Counted from the first letter of the stretch, positions 18,725 through 30,325 are shown. The stretch is 64,000 bases of DNA from a candidate division FCPU426 bacterium (GCA_963796105.1 CAWCKJ010000004.1:992001-1056000); one strand, 5' to 3'. Translations and numbers: made by a program. Notes: a model not told the origin generated them from the sequence alone.

Positions 18725-18811
18725 TGGCGGAGGGTGCAGGACTCGAACCTGCAAGGGGTTTCCCCCGGTGGATTTCAAGTCCACTGCCTTACCAATTAGG
18801 ACTAACCCTCC
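18725..18811 (-). tRNA. tRNA-Ser(TGA)
   Basis: Reverse complement GGAGGGTTAGTCCTAATTGGTAAGGCA-GTGGA-CTTGAAA-TCCAC-CGGGGGAAACCCCTT-GCAGGTTCGAGTCCTGC-ACCCTCCGCCA. Confidence 0.95.
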
Positions 18812-18945
18812 ACCCATGATTCTAATTTTACCCTTTTTTCGCCGCCCGTATCAGGGGGTCACATTGTACCCAAAATCCCATAGGGGACAATCCATATCTC
18901 CTGATAAAGCATCAAGGATTTTACCGTTTTTAATTAACCTCCACT

Positions 18946-20357
18946 CACTGCTGTCCTAGATAAACCTATTTGTCTTTGAACCTCCCAGGAAAACAAGCGA
19001 TTTAGGACAGGCTCGTGAATTTTCTGGGATAAGCCCCCCTCTTTCGTCCTGATGCTGTCCAAATTAAGAATGTATTAATTCCATCTGCTTTTCCAAGGGT
19101 TCCAGTCTCGCCACTAGGAACGGTGCATCCAACCAGGCCCACAAATCACGATAGGTCAACAGGTTCATCCGTAGCATGGCAGCCAAGTGGGATAAACTCC
19201 AGGCGATCCGGCTCTTCAATTGAAGGAACTTCAACAGTAGCATGGCAATCAATGCTGTCCAAATCTGCGTCTGAACGGCATTCTCAGTGGTACCCACAAA
19301 AGTTTTTACCCGGAGGTTCTGCTTGAGAGCCTTGAAAAACAACTCGATCTGCCAACGTTCCTTGTAAATGGCACCCACCGTCGAGGCGGCAAAACCCATG
19401 TGGTTGGTCAGGAACACCAACTCCCGCTTCTGGTCTTCGTCCCATACCACCACCCGTCGCATCTCTTTAGGGTAGGCTTCATGTGACCGAAACGTCGTCA
19501 ACCGTATCACCTGGTCCTTCAGGACGTTGCCCGTTTTCGGAACCGTCAGGCTTTTCACCACCTCGTAGGCCATGTTGATCTTGGCCCGGGTCACCCACCA
19601 CACGCCTTGGAATGTCCATCGGGCCAGAAGAAAGAAATCCACATACCCCCGATCCATCACCACGATTGAATCCACTGGAAAATCGAGCTTTTGGGCCACC
19701 TTCACGTCATGCGTGCCTCCCTCCGTTACGAGTCCCCAGCAGGGCAAGTACCCCTGATGGTCCAGCAGAAGATGGAGTTTGATGGCCCCTTTGGTTCTAC
19801 GGAATTTCGCCCAGTCGAACACTGACAAACAAAGGTCGATGGTGCTGGAATCCAGGCTATAAAGAGGATTTTTAAACCTGAATTTTCTTTTTGAGGTGGC
19901 CGCCAACAACTGGCACTTCGATAATAAATGGTAAAAAAGCTTTTGTTGAACCCGCCAAGAACGCTTGGTGTTGGCATAGGCCAAGGTGGATTTAGTGGGA
20001 GCTTTGCAAAGACCCAAGTGGGTCAATTTCCCAAGGGCCGTACTGAGGCCGCCACAGATTTCCCTCAAGGAATGGGCTGCTCCCATCTGGCAGAAAAGCA
20101 TGGAAACAAACTGATCCCAGCAACTGAATCCCTTGGAGTGCTTTTCGGCTTCAATCTCTCGCACGATTCGCTCAAAAGCGGTTCGGTCTACGAGTTTCAA
20201 CACTTGGGCAAATAGACTGGTTGGTGGTACCATAAAAAAGCGCCTCCGTATGTTTGAAGTAGCGACGGCTGGTAACCGTTGCTTTGGGCTGTCATCAAAC
20301 CCAATTCTACTTCAATCGGAGGCGTCTTTTTTTAGGCCTTTATTTAGGACAAGAGTG
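18946..20357 (-). mobile_element. IS4-family insertion sequence
   Basis: TIRs CACTGCTGTCCTAGATAAA / CACTCTTGTCCTAAATAAA (16/19); 9-bp direct repeat ACCTCCACT at 18937-18945 and 20358-20366. Confidence 0.9.
19064..20233 (-). CDS. IS4-family transposase (DUF4372 + DDE)
   Basis: FSCWDQFVSMLFCQ, DSSTIDL, KGAIKLH, MDRGY, YKERWQIELFFKALKQ. Confidence 0.95.
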   Translation of the reverse strand: MVPPTSLFAQVLKLVDRTAFERIVREIEAEKHSKGFSCWDQFVSMLFCQMGAAHSLREICGGLSTALGKLTHLGLCKAPTKSTLAYANTKRSWRVQQKLFYHLLSKCQLLAATSKRKFRFKNPLYSLDSSTIDLCLSVFDWAKFRRTKGAIKLHLLLDHQGYLPCWGLVTEGGTHDVKVAQKLDFPVDSIVVMDRGYVDFFLLARWTFQGVWWVTRAKINMAYEVVKSLTVPKTGNVLKDQVIRLTTFRSHEAYPKEMRRVVVWDEDQKRELVFLTNHMGFAASTVGAIYKERWQIELFFKALKQNLRVKTFVGTTENAVQTQIWTALIAMLLLKFLQLKSRIAWSLSHLAAMLRMNLLTYRDLWAWLDAPFLVARLEPLEKQMELIHS

Positions 20358-20443
20358 ACCTCCACTCTAATTTGGAAAAGGAATAAAGAGGTATATTATT
20401 AGGTTTGTTCCAAATTTTTAGAGGTGGTTAAGAACCGAATGTC

Positions 20444-21196
20444 TCATTTGGAGGGGTTCAGCATCTTGAAAAATCGCGAAGGGGCCAAGCGGGAGCCCAA
20501 TTTTAGGAACTTGGCCTGGGCGATGGGAAGTTCGGCTTTGTTCGTGCCCAATGCCTTTATGGTCTTGGTGATAAATGCGTCCAGGGCCATCCCTTTATAA
20601 TCGCTTTCCGGCCGTCCGGGGGCCTTCCCCAAATCGGTTTCCACTCCCGGGGGGGCGATCTCAATCACCCGGACCGGGGTTTTACGGAGTTGGTGCCTCA
20701 GGGAATCGGAAAAAGAATGCACCGCCGCCTTGGTTCCACAGTAGATCGGAGTGAAAGCCAGGGGCACATAGGCCAGGCCTGAGCTCACGTTGATGAGGGT
20801 GGCTTCCTTTTGCTTCAAGAGAAGGGGTAAAAAGGCCGATGTCATCCGGATAAGCCCCTTAAAATTGGTCTCCACCTCGTCGAAGAGTCCCGCTCCCAGG
20901 GTCTCGGGCTTGGAAAAGTCCGGATATCTCATAATGCCGGCGTTGTTGATAAGGACGTCCAGATTGAGGAATTTTTTCGAGACGGAGGCGAAAAGACGCC
21001 GGACATCCGCTTCCTTGCCCACGTCCATCGAGAAGGCTTCCATTCCCTTAAACTGCTTGGCTGTCTCCGCGAGCGTTTTTTCATGGCGTCCCGTGATGAT
21101 GACCTGGTTTCCAAGCTCATGGAAGGCCTGGGCCAGTCCCTTCCCGATTCCCCCGCTCCCGCCCGTGATCAATATGGTCCGGTTTGTCAGTCTCAT
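20444..21196 (-). CDS. Short-chain dehydrogenase/reductase (DltE-like)
   Basis: TGGSGGIG, NNAGIM, NVSSGLA, YCGTKAAVH. Confidence 0.9.
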   Translation of the reverse strand: MRLTNRTILITGGSGGIGKGLAQAFHELGNQVIITGRHEKTLAETAKQFKGMEAFSMDVGKEADVRRLFASVSKKFLNLDVLINNAGIMRYPDFSKPETLGAGLFDEVETNFKGLIRMTSAFLPLLLKQKEATLINVSSGLAYVPLAFTPIYCGTKAAVHSFSDSLRHQLRKTPVRVIEIAPPGVETDLGKAPGRPESDYKGMALDAFITKTIKALGTNKAELPIAQAKFLKLGSRLAPSRFFKMLNPSK

Positions 21197-21380
21197 GATT
21201 TTACCCCCTCTTGGTCTTTGGCTTTCTAATATATCCGAAATGCGGGCGCGAAAGCCGTTAAACGCCTAAGAATCATCCGGATGATAACAGGGAATGTCGA
21301 ACAATTTATGGGTAGAGGTGAATAGACTTAGGACGAATATTCATAATCGGATGGATGTTAAAGGAAAATGAAGCCGGGAT

Positions 21381-21683
21381 TTAATTAAAAAGAATTATAA
21401 CGGAAGACTTTCCTATTTTTACAACCATTCGCGGCATTGCGGGCGGGTCGAACGGAATGGGATGAATCACCCGGGGACGGGGATCCATCTGTGAAAATAA
21501 AGTGGCTTTCCTCACGCTAAGTTTGTTTTTAAATTCCTTTTGTGTGATTCGCGGCTTGGTATTTCTCAAGGAAATAAAACATACGGGGGTGCGCGGAAAA
21601 AGGGGCTTTTTCAGGCGCTTGTGTACCTGGGAACCTGCGACATTCCGGGATTTCTTGGGAGATAAGCCTTCCTTGTTTCTCAT
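21381..21683 (-). CDS. Possible orphan basic protein
   Basis: 100-codon ORF with a purine-rich upstream sequence in an otherwise empty ~790-bp gap; no recognisable motif. Confidence 0.2.
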   Translation of the reverse strand: MRNKEGLSPKKSRNVAGSQVHKRLKKPLFPRTPVCFISLRNTKPRITQKEFKNKLSVRKATLFSQMDPRPRVIHPIPFDPPAMPRMVVKIGKSSVIILFN

Positions 21684-21988
21684 TTTTTTCTTCCCCTAAT
21701 GGTTAAAAACTTACCGCTAGAGAAATAATCCCACCTTTTCGGTTATTTTCCACTTCCAGTGCCCGAAAGGCCGATTTTTAGGACTCGTTTGCCGTTGAGG
21801 GGGGATAGGTTGTTCTTATTTAGCTTAAATCCCAGTAAATAAACGGAATAAGGATATTGTCTCAAAGGTTTTTATTAATTGGGTTTGATGAAACCCGAAT
21901 GATTTGCAGGGTGTAGGGTGGCCAGATATACCCATTTTGCTAGGCTTCTAGTTGACCTTTTTCCAGGTGGTCCCATTCGACTATCGCG

Positions 21989-23014
21989 TCATGGAGAGGC
22001 TGAAATCGAAGCCTGCGTCTTTTGGCTCAACCTTTCCCCGCGCTGGGAGGGCGCAACCGATCGGGTCTTTCGAAGCCGGGCCACGAAGAAACCCTCGAGC
22101 ACAGGGGAAGGCAGGATTCGCACGGACTTTACCACCGACGGATGAAATTTCAAACCCTCCCAGCCCTCCAGGCCCCGGCTATAAACCGGAAGAGGTAATG
22201 GAATTTCCTCCAATGCCAAAGCGTTCTGATAGGTCTCCAAGGCCCATTGCAGGATTCCCTCATTTTCCTCCGGCGCGAAAGTGCAGGTGGAATAAACCAT
22301 CGTCCCCCCGGTCTTGAGGCAGAGAAAGGCCGATTTGAACAACCGCCTTTGATCTTTCGCCATTTTGCGGTTGGTGTCCTCCCGCCAGTAACCATAAGTG
22401 GAGGGAACCCCTGATTGGAACCTTCCCTCCGAACTGCAAGGGGCGTCCAATAGAACCCGGTCAAAAGCCTCGAAGTGGTTCTTCCAGACCAGGCCTCCGT
22501 CGCCGGGCGGGAGGACGGCCGTGTTGGAAGCGCCTTGGTTCATTAGGTTGGACTTTAATTTTTCCGCGCGGACGGGGTTATCGTCGTTCGCGATGACCGT
22601 CCCCATGCCTTTCATCAGGGCAGCCAATTGAGTGGTTTTGCTCCCGGGGGCCGCGGTCAAATCGAGGATCTTCTCGCCCGGCTGGGGCTGAAGGGCCAGG
22701 GGAGGAACCATGCCGGAAAGGCCCTGCACGTAAATTTCCCCCTTGCTATAAACGTCAGTTTTCTCGAGGTCCCTTTGGGAGCCCTTCCTCAGGATGAAGG
22801 CATCTTTGTACCAGAGCACGTTCTCGATCTTGAGGCCCTGGGACTCAAGATGTTCTTTGATCCGGCCTCCACTGGACTTCAGGGAATTGACGCGGAAGGT
22901 GGTAGGTTTTTCCTGGGCGAAAGTCTTGAGTGTTTTATCCCATTGCCCAAGAGGGATTACTTTATGGAGCTTGTCCAGAAATGGCTGGGGAAGACGGTTC
23001 CGGTGGTTGGACAA
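21989..23014 (-). CDS. RsmB/RsmF (NOL1/NOP2/Sun) RNA m5C methyltransferase
   Basis: FRVNSLK, LDLTAAPGSKTTQ, FDRVLLDAPCSSEG, VYSTCTFAPEENE, GFFVARLRK. Confidence 0.92.
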   Translation of the reverse strand: MSNHRNRLPQPFLDKLHKVIPLGQWDKTLKTFAQEKPTTFRVNSLKSSGGRIKEHLESQGLKIENVLWYKDAFILRKGSQRDLEKTDVYSKGEIYVQGLSGMVPPLALQPQPGEKILDLTAAPGSKTTQLAALMKGMGTVIANDDNPVRAEKLKSNLMNQGASNTAVLPPGDGGLVWKNHFEAFDRVLLDAPCSSEGRFQSGVPSTYGYWREDTNRKMAKDQRRLFKSAFLCLKTGGTMVYSTCTFAPEENEGILQWALETYQNALALEEIPLPLPVYSRGLEGWEGLKFHPSVVKSVRILPSPVLEGFFVARLRKTRSVAPSQRGERLSQKTQASISASP

Positions 23015-23131
23015 TTCAAACCCTGCCAGGCAAATTTGATTTATCGGTTTGATGATTCAACCATCTCGGTATTTCCCGGCGGAGAATTCTCAAATCGTTA
23101 AAAACGTTGAAGCCTAGTTCAAAATGGAATT

Positions 23132-23818
23132 TCACCAGGGCAGCTTCAAGGCGTCGGCGAGGAATTTCATCATGGGCGAAGCGGCAGCGCAGGCTTCGAC
23201 GTACCTATCCAAAAAATCCGGGGAACAGGCGTCTCTCTCGCCGAATTGGGTGAAAAAAATGTAATCCTTGTATTTCAAATACTCAATGAGCTCATGGTCG
23301 GGGGAATATCCCTTGGGAGGCCTCTGGAGTTTTTCGCCCTCGATCATGCAACGGCGGCTGAATTTCTTATCCCCCAGGACCGCCTTCCACCGGGCCGGAT
23401 GGGAGGCGAGGTAATCCCGGATTTGCCCCAGGACGGGAGCCTCGGGACGCCAGATGCCCCCGCCGGAGTAGACTTCCCCCGGCTCCAAATGCAGGTAATA
23501 ACCGGGAGAATGAACGTCCCGGCTACTGGATGTCCTGAATTGCGCCGCGGCGTGGGTTTTGTAGGGAGTCTTATCCTTCGAAAAGCGCGTGTCGCGGTAG
23601 ATGCGGAACATGGAACCGCCTGACGGGCTGTTATCCACGATGAGGGATGGGCTGATTTTGCGAAGGCGTGGGCCCAGTACTCCGATGAAATCCAACAGGG
23701 GATTGCGGACGACTTGCTCATAGCGCTCCTTGTTGGCGTGAAACCAGGGCCGGTTGTTGTTAGCTTTCAGTTCCCTGAGGAATTTGAAAAATGCCGGCGA
23801 GAAGTAGGATTGAGACAT
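23132..23818 (-). CDS. DUF2461 / TIGR02453 family protein
   Basis: FLRELKANNNRPWF...K..Y, FRIYRDTRFSKDKTPYKT, GYYLHLEPG. Confidence 0.92.
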   Translation of the reverse strand: MSQSYFSPAFFKFLRELKANNNRPWFHANKERYEQVVRNPLLDFIGVLGPRLRKISPSLIVDNSPSGGSMFRIYRDTRFSKDKTPYKTHAAAQFRTSSSRDVHSPGYYLHLEPGEVYSGGGIWRPEAPVLGQIRDYLASHPARWKAVLGDKKFSRRCMIEGEKLQRPPKGYSPDHELIEYLKYKDYIFFTQFGERDACSPDFLDRYVEACAAASPMMKFLADALKLPW

Positions 23819-24028
23819 GGCAAAACCTCGGATTAGTTATTCGGAAATTCTTCCCATTTTTTAAAACATTGATAAAGACCTCTAAAACTGCATTTATCGG
23901 GTTGTTATTTATAGCATTCCCGGGTCTTTGCGCACAAGCCGGGTGTCCTATTGCGTTCGGGGTAAATTCGTAAGGAAAAGTTGGGAAAAACCAAGGGAGG
24001 AAAAGATGAATGAGTGAACTTTTTACTC

Positions 24029-27000
24029 TTATTTTTCCACTAGTATCTTTAGTGTCTGCTTGGCAATGATCTTCCCGGTCAGGTCCTTCTGTTCCACCTT
24101 GGCGATGTAGAGTCCACTTGAGATTCCAGCGGCGTTCCAGGTCACCCGGCTCGTTCCTCCAGCGCCTTTCAGCTCCGTCACCAGTTCCCCAGCCAGGTCA
24201 TAGATCCTCACCGTCAGGTTCACGTTCGTGACAGATCCCTGGAATTCCACTTGGCTGAATCCACCGGTTAAGGGGTTCGGATAAGCCCACACTTTCGGTA
24301 CCGTCTGTTTCGCGTTGTTCAACACCATCACCGACGTCACGATCACCGTCTCCCCGCCTTTTCCATCGGTCGAGTGCACCTCGATGAAGTATTTCCCGTT
24401 GGGTACCACCGCCCCGCTTGAGGCGTATCCTGTCCAGATGGCTGTCACCCCGTTATTTGTCGTAATAATCAGGTTCCCGTCCGTCGGCGATCCCGGCTCC
24501 AACACCGTCCCTGACAGCTTCACCCCCGTAATCACCGTCCCTTGAGGGTCCTCCACCACGCTGTATAGCGTGTCTACGATCTCACCCGCCTCGTTGTAGA
24601 TGTCGATCGTCACCTTTTCCAATGACCTGCTCACCACCACGTTCAATACCACGCTCTTGTCCACCCCGAAGGAGTCCACATTGTCCACTTTCACGTAATA
24701 GTCACCATTGGGCACGGGGTTCCCGTTCTGGTCCGTCCCGTTCCATACCGTGATCTGGGTGTTCTGGTCGTAGATTAATATCGGGTCATTGAGTCCATTA
24801 ATCAGGTCCCCGTTCTTCAACTGCAGGTCCACCAAGGGCTGGGAATATTGAGTCACCAAGAGTGTCTTCACCAATTCTCCCGCCTCGTTATACACCCCGA
24901 TCTTCACCGTGTAGCTCCCCGTCACCATCAATGTCGCGCAGGAACTTAAAGGCGATATTCCCGGATAGGTCAAGACCGCGCAGTTCACGATCGGTCCCGC
25001 CGGCGTGAAACTGTTAATCGACACCGTATAGGTGAGTTGGTAGTTCCCTGGAGTAAGAGTGGGTAATGTCCAGTTCATCATGGTCACCCCGCCTGATACG
25101 GTGGTCACGGCCGAGGTCCCGGTTGGGGAGGCCCCAAAGGCCGCGAAAGTGCAGTTGGGAGGCAGTTGGTCCTGCACCACTACCCCAGGGGCGTTGGCAT
25201 TAGAGACATTCACATTCAAGGTATAGGTCACCATGTCCCCTGAAGAACCTGTTGATTCCGACTCCTGCTTTTGCAGGGTCAATACCGCCGCGGGAGTGGG
25301 GGTAAGAGTGGGGGAAGGAGTGGGTGTGGGGGTCAGGGTGTTGGTATTAGTGGGTGTATTGGTGGCTGTAAGCGTATTCGTGGGAGTGGGGGTATTGGTC
25401 GGAGTCCTGGTGGGGGTAGGAGTAGGCGTATTGGTAGCTGTATTGGTGGCAGTCGGAGTGTTGGTATTGGTCGGGGTATTCGTGGCCGTATAGGTGTTGG
25501 TAGCGGTGTTCGTATTGGTAGCTGTATTGGTGTTAGTCGGGGTATTGGTATTGGTTGGCGTATTTGTGTTTGTCGGAGTGTTGGTGGGGGTGTAGGTGTT
25601 AGTAGCGGTATTGGTATTCGTCGGCGTGGCGGTATCAGTCGGGGTATTGGTATTGGTGGGCGTATTGGTAGGTGTAGGAGTGGGGGTATTTGTCGGCGTA
25701 TCCGTGGGAGTGTTGGTGTTGGTGGGTGTGGATGTGTTAGTCGGCGTGTAGGTATTCGTGAAGGTAAATACAGGCGTATCGGTCAAGGTATCGGTTGGAG
25801 TGGAGGTTGGTGTTGATGTTGGCGTGTCCGTGAAAGTGGGTGTAGGTGTATTGGTGTTGGTAGGCGTATTAGTGGGTGTTGGAGTGGGAGTATTGGTCGG
25901 GGTGTCTGTGGGTGTGTTGGTGTTTGTCGATGTGGATGTGTTAGTGGGGGTATAGGTGGGCGTGAAGGTAAACACGGGAGTGTCGGTCAAGGTATCAGTT
26001 GGAGTAGGGGTTGGCGTCTGGGTGGGGGTAGGTGTGTAAGTAGGGGTGGGAGTAGTTGTAGGAGTATTAGTAGATGTAGGTGTCGGGGTGGAAGTAGGTG
26101 TTGGAGTCGGGGTATTGGAGGGTGTTGAGGTTGGAGTGGGGGTTGGGGTGGGTGTCGGCGTATTCGTAGGAGTATTGGTAGGAGTGGGTGAAGGAGTCAG
26201 TGTCGGAGTAACAGTAAAGGTGTTCGTGGGGGATGTCGTCCCGGTTGAGGTATTCGTCGGGGTTGGGGTGACTGTTGGGGTGGGTGTTGGCGTGGAAGTC
26301 GGAGTATTCGTGGGTGTATTGGTAGGCGTCGGCGAGGGCGTCAGTGTCGGAGTGGGAGTCGGGGTGTTGGTAGGAGTAGATGTAGGCGTATTAGTCGGTG
26401 TGGGGGTGGAAGTGGTCGTGGGAGTAGGAGTTGGTGTGGGAGTCGGGGTCCTAGTCGGGGTATTGGTGGGTGTCGGCGTGGGAGTCGTCGTAGGTGTGGG
26501 GGTTGGGGTGTTGGTAGGCGTAGAAGTCGGAGTATTGGTTGGGGTGGGAGTAGGAGTCACAGTCGGGGTGGGTGTGGGAGTAGGTGTCGGAGTCTTGGTC
26601 GGAGTGATGGTGGGCGTATTCGTGGGCGGCTGAGTTCCTGTAGGGGTGTTTGTCGGCGTGGGCGTGATGGTAGGTGTTGGAGTATTGGTGGGGGTCGGAG
26701 TGATCGTCGGGGTGGGAGTTGGCGTATTGGTCGGGGTAGGAGTTGGAGTCCTAGTTGGTGTAGGGGTTGGGGTAGTTGTGGGAGTGGGTGTCGGGGTATT
26801 CGTAGGTGTGGGAGTGGGAGTGTTCGTGGGTGTGGGGGTAGGGGTGGTTGTGGGTGTTGGAGTCGGGGTGTTCGTGGGCGTGGGAGTCGGCGTCCTTGTG
26901 GGGGTAGGTGTCGGGGTGGTGGTTGGAGTAGGCGTTGGAGTATTGGTGGGTGTGGGGGTTGGGGTATTCGTGGGTGTCGGAGAAGGTGTCAGGGTCGGTG

Positions 27001-29896
27001 TAGGGGTTGGCGTATGGGTCGGCGTCCTTGTGGGGGTATTGGTCGGCGTTGGAGTTGGCGTAGTAGTTGGAGTTGGCGTGGGCGTATTAGTGGGTGTGGG
27101 CGTCGGGGTATTCGTGGGTGTTGGCGTGGGAGTTGTCGTTGGGGTTGGAGTCGGGGTAGGGGTTGGCGTCCTTGTGGGGGTATTGGTAGGCGTTGGTGTG
27201 GGCGTAATCGTCGGCGTGTTGGTGGGAGTCGGGGTCGGGGTTTTGGTCGGGGTGATGGTAGGAGTATTCGTGGGCGACTGGGTCCCAGTTGGGGTATTGG
27301 TTGGCGTTGGGGTAATAGTGGGTGTTGGAGTGGGCGTCGGGGTAGGTGTGGTTGTCGGTGTTGGAGTAGGAGTGCGTGTGGGAGTTGGGGTTGGTGTATT
27401 GGTTGGTGTTGGAGTAGGAGTTGTTGTTGGGGTGGGGGTCGGGGTATTGGTAGGGGTCGGGGTTGGAGTCCTCGTGGGCGTGGGTGTTGGGGTGGTTGTG
27501 GGTGTGGGCGTGGGCGTATTCGTGGGTGTATTGGTGGGAGTCGGAGTAGGAGTGTTCGTCGGGGTTCTAGTCGGGGTAGGTGTCGGCGTGTTAGTGGGTG
27601 TCGGAGTTGGGGTATTGGTCGGAGTGGGTGTGGGAGTGGTGGTCGGCGTGGGAGTCGGCGTCCTTGTGGGGGTCGGTGTGGGAGTATTAGTGGGGGTTGG
27701 GGTAGGGGTTGTGGTCGGGGTAGGAGTAGGCGTGTTGGTGGGTGTAGGAGTCGGCGTCCTGGTAGGGGTTGGTGTTGGCGTTGTTGTAGGGGTAGGAGTC
27801 GGAGTGTTCGTGGGAGTAGGAGTTGGGGTATTAGTTGGTGTTGGAGTGGGTGTCCTGGTTGGCGTGGGTGTCGGGGTTACGGTCGGGGTGGGAGTAGGAG
27901 TGTTAGTGGGAGTCGGTGTAGGAGTGGTTGTGGGTGTGGGTGTCGGAGTCCTAGTCGGGGTGGGAGTGGGAGTATTGGTAGGGGTTGGAGTTGGGGTTGT
28001 GGTCGGGGTTGGGGTAGGAGTGTTGGTGGGCGTGGGTGTCGGGGTCCTGGTGGGGGTCGGTGTTGGGGTCGTGGTGGGTGTGGGTGTAGGCGTATTGGTT
28101 GGTGTCGGGCTAGGGGTAGGCGTAGGGGTGGGTGTAGGGGTTCTAGTTGGTGTGGGAGTAGGGGTTACGGTTGGCGTCGGAGTAGGTGTGTTAGTGGGAG
28201 TCGGCGTAGGGGTTGTTGTGGGTGTTGGGGTCGGGGTACGTGTAGGAGTCGGTGTTGGCGATGGTGTCGGGGTTGGTGTAGGGGTGTTCGTCGGGGTTGG
28301 AGTGGGTGTATTCGTAGGCGTATTGGTACGAGTTGGAGTAGGAGTAGGGGAAACAGTTGGCGTGGGAGTTGGGGTATTCGTTGGAGTAGGGGTCGGAGTC
28401 CTGGTTGGAGTTGGTGATGGCGTGGGTGTGGGCGTAGGAGAAGGAGTTGGCGTGGGACTGTTTGTCGGAGTGGGAGTCGGCGTTCTTGTGGGAGTATTGG
28501 TCGGGGTTGGTGATGGCGTGGGAGTCGGTGTGGGAGTGGGGGTACGAGTTGGAGTCGGAGAAGGAGTGTTGGTATTGGTATACGTATATGTGTAGGTGTT
28601 GGTATGGGTGAAGGTGGGGGTGATATTAGATGTATAGGTATAGGTCGGGGTATAAGTTGGCGTAAAGGTATATGTGCGTGTATAGGTCCAGGTGGGCGTG
28701 AAGGTATTGGTGGGACAGTTCATGACATAGCTGACGGAATTGGAGGGGCCATATGCTGGCTGGACCATCGAGAAATTGTTGACCCGCGTCAGGCAGTCGT
28801 AAACGGCGTTACTCGTGTTGTCGTCCCCGACAATCGTGACTGTCCAGCAGTAGGGAACCCATCCGGTTCCATTATAGGAAGCGCCGGGAAAGCCTTTCGA
28901 TCCGACCATAGTAACTGCCTGATCCCAGTCATAATAAAAGCCGTTTGAATCTGGCGGGGGACCAAAACCCTTGTTCGTGATACCCAAGACGGAACTCCGG
29001 AATCCCTCGCTCCAGAAAAAGGTCGAGCCGGCGGCGAGCCCGCTATCGACAAAAGTAACAGCGCCCGTGACCCAGTGACCAGAGTTGCAAGCTGTCAAGG
29101 CGACGGTAACCACCCGGTCCGGGGGATTGTCGTTTTGCTGGTAACCTGTAAACGTGACGGCGTTCGCGTTACCGCTCCCATTGCTCGACCAACCCACGAA
29201 ACTCTTGGTAAGGGTGATGTTTGTCGCTGGCGGGGTGGGAACGGAAGTAGGGATGGTCGTGGCTTGGGTAAAGAAAAGAGCGCCGTTGCAATTGCCGGTG
29301 CTGTAAAGTCCAGTGGAGTCGCCGGATAAATAGGGAACCTGGGCGCCAGTGGAGGGATTATAAAGGGATTGGCTCCAGCAACAGTCACCTGAGGTGGTGC
29401 TGACCTGTACCGGGGTGACCCAACCGCTTGTGCTGTAATTGGTCGCGTACCAATTGGAGGCGGGAGGCGTTGTGGGGTTTCCAGAACTGATGTAGTCCAT
29501 CTTAAGGCCGCCCTGTGTGGTGGTGATCTGGGAATGTTGTCCATTAGTACAGGTGATATCCAGGTCCCAAGAAGCGTACACGTTATTGCAGGCGGTATTC
29601 TGGGTATAGACGGAGATATAAACCGTGCTTCCCGAGATCAATGAAGTGGGAACAGTGATACAACCCGGCGGGCAAACCCCGGTACCGTCCCAGTTGCAAT
29701 AACCCACTTGCCCTAAATAAACCCCGCCTACATAGACCTGGGACCAGTCATCACTGGCCACACAGATTTGGGCGGAAGAGGGCGTGCACGTTTGGGCCCA
29801 TGACCGAATGGGGAAGGCCATAAAAAGGAAGATCCCTAAAATAGGTATGATCTGTTTAGGCTGTTTCGTAATAAATTTTGTCAATAATGAAAACAT
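24029..29896 (-). CDS. Giant secreted Pro/Thr-repeat surface protein with DUF11-like and FlgD/CTD-like C-terminal domains
   Basis: Signal peptide, Cys-rich N-terminal ~390 aa, >1000 aa of (TP)n/TNTP repeats, [14 protein letters not shown] (DUF11-like), then three Y..AGE.V modules. Confidence 0.85.
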   Translation of the reverse strand: MFSLLTKFITKQPKQIIPILGIFLFMAFPIRSWAQTCTPSSAQICVASDDWSQVYVGGVYLGQVGYCNWDGTGVCPPGCITVPTSLISGSTVYISVYTQNTACNNVYASWDLDITCTNGQHSQITTTQGGLKMDYISSGNPTTPPASNWYATNYSTSGWVTPVQVSTTSGDCCWSQSLYNPSTGAQVPYLSGDSTGLYSTGNCNGALFFTQATTIPTSVPTPPATNITLTKSFVGWSSNGSGNANAVTFTGYQQNDNPPDRVVTVALTACNSGHWVTGAVTFVDSGLAAGSTFFWSEGFRSSVLGITNKGFGPPPDSNGFYYDWDQAVTMVGSKGFPGASYNGTGWVPYCWTVTIVGDDNTSNAVYDCLTRVNNFSMVQPAYGPSNSVSYVMNCPTNTFTPTWTYTRTYTFTPTYTPTYTYTSNITPTFTHTNTYTYTYTNTNTPSPTPTRTPTPTPTPTPSPTPTNTPTRTPTPTPTNSPTPTPSPTPTPTPSPTPTRTPTPTPTNTPTPTPTVSPTPTPTRTNTPTNTPTPTPTNTPTPTPTPSPTPTPTRTPTPTPTTTPTPTPTNTPTPTPTVTPTPTPTRTPTPTPTPTPSPTPTNTPTPTPTTTPTPTPTRTPTPTPTNTPTPTPTTTPTPTPTNTPTPTPTRTPTPTPTTTPTPTPTNTPTPTPTVTPTPTPTRTPTPTPTNTPTPTPTNTPTPTPTTTPTPTPTRTPTPTPTNTPTPTPTTTPTPTPTNTPTPTPTRTPTPTPTTTPTPTPTNTPTPTPTNTPTPTPTRTPTNTPTPTPTNTPTNTPTPTPTTTPTPTPTRTPTPTPTNTPTPTPTTTPTPTPTNTPTPTPTRTPTPTPTTTPTPTPTPTPTITPTPTNTPTGTQSPTNTPTITPTKTPTPTPTNTPTITPTPTPTNTPTRTPTPTPTPTPTTTPTPTPTNTPTPTPTNTPTPTPTTTPTPTPTNTPTRTPTHTPTPTPTLTPSPTPTNTPTPTPTNTPTPTPTTTPTPTPTRTPTPTPTNTPTPTPTTTPTPTPTNTPTPTPTNTPTPTPTTTPTPTPTRTPTPTPTNTPTPTPTITPTPTNTPTPTITPTPTNTPTGTQPPTNTPTITPTKTPTPTPTPTPTVTPTPTPTNTPTSTPTNTPTPTPTTTPTPTPTNTPTRTPTPTPTPTPTTTSTPTPTNTPTSTPTNTPTPTPTLTPSPTPTNTPTNTPTSTPTPTPTVTPTPTNTSTGTTSPTNTFTVTPTLTPSPTPTNTPTNTPTPTPTPTPTSTPSNTPTPTPTSTPTPTSTNTPTTTPTPTYTPTPTQTPTPTPTDTLTDTPVFTFTPTYTPTNTSTSTNTNTPTDTPTNTPTPTPTNTPTNTNTPTPTFTDTPTSTPTSTPTDTLTDTPVFTFTNTYTPTNTSTPTNTNTPTDTPTNTPTPTPTNTPTNTNTPTDTATPTNTNTATNTYTPTNTPTNTNTPTNTNTPTNTNTATNTNTATNTYTATNTPTNTNTPTATNTATNTPTPTPTRTPTNTPTPTNTLTATNTPTNTNTLTPTPTPSPTLTPTPAAVLTLQKQESESTGSSGDMVTYTLNVNVSNANAPGVVVQDQLPPNCTFAAFGASPTGTSAVTTVSGGVTMMNWTLPTLTPGNYQLTYTVSINSFTPAGPIVNCAVLTYPGISPLSSCATLMVTGSYTVKIGVYNEAGELVKTLLVTQYSQPLVDLQLKNGDLINGLNDPILIYDQNTQITVWNGTDQNGNPVPNGDYYVKVDNVDSFGVDKSVVLNVVVSRSLEKVTIDIYNEAGEIVDTLYSVVEDPQGTVITGVKLSGTVLEPGSPTDGNLIITTNNGVTAIWTGYASSGAVVPNGKYFIEVHSTDGKGGETVIVTSVMVLNNAKQTVPKVWAYPNPLTGGFSQVEFQGSVTNVNLTVRIYDLAGELVTELKGAGGTSRVTWNAAGISSGLYIAKVEQKDLTGKIIAKQTLKILVEK
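25290..28716 (-). repeat. Coding low-complexity Thr-Pro tract
   Basis: 6-nt periodicity (GGN GTN on the + strand) with varied wobble positions. Confidence 0.95.
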
Positions 29897-30325
29897 TAAA
29901 TCAAATCTCCATCGATAAAATCCGGTTCAATTCAAAGAACCCAGAACACTTGGCAAAAGATTATAACCCCAAAAAACCGACCAATACGTCCTTAGGGTCA
30001 AAGGATGTATAACATTAAAACAAGCATAATTTATTCCAAAACCTCAAGAAAAAGGCCTAAAACAGAAATTTCAAATACATCTATTTGGCGCATTTTGATC
30101 AAGTTATGGAAGCGGTTTTTTTGATCTTTTCCCTGTAATTCGAACGAAAACAAGGGATTGCCACTCTGTTAAAGTCGTTTAATGGCAGAAAGGGTTAAAG
30201 AGCTTAATTGAAAACAAAGGTTTTCGGTCTGTTAAAAAATCCAAATTGTCAGTTTTTTGAATTTATAAAGACTATTTTTGACTATTGAGAATGCCAAAAA
30301 ATAGGTGAGAGGTCCTTTTAAAAAA

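Noticed and set aside
18459..18740. Regularly spaced repeats resembling a CRISPR array
   Set aside because: The intervening sequences are near-identical rather than unique spacers, the period is ~130 bp, the repeat is a tRNA 3' end, and no cas genes are present
17949..18959. Short ORFs over the tRNA region, including the repeated GGGCKTSNRAKRSQGRIPLCTP peptide
   Set aside because: They overlap tRNA genes and their non-coding repeats
21197..21988. Long intergenic gap checked for a riboswitch or ncRNA (GGCAAAC on the minus strand near 21790)
   Set aside because: The rest of the c-di-GMP-I consensus is missing; no convincing fold seen
25233..28595. Long + strand ORFs of (VG)n and Gly/Arg/Trp/Cys repeats (e.g. 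26646-28595, 27014-28417)
   Set aside because: Antisense shadows of the Thr-Pro coding repeat; stop codons are absent only because of the repeat's composition
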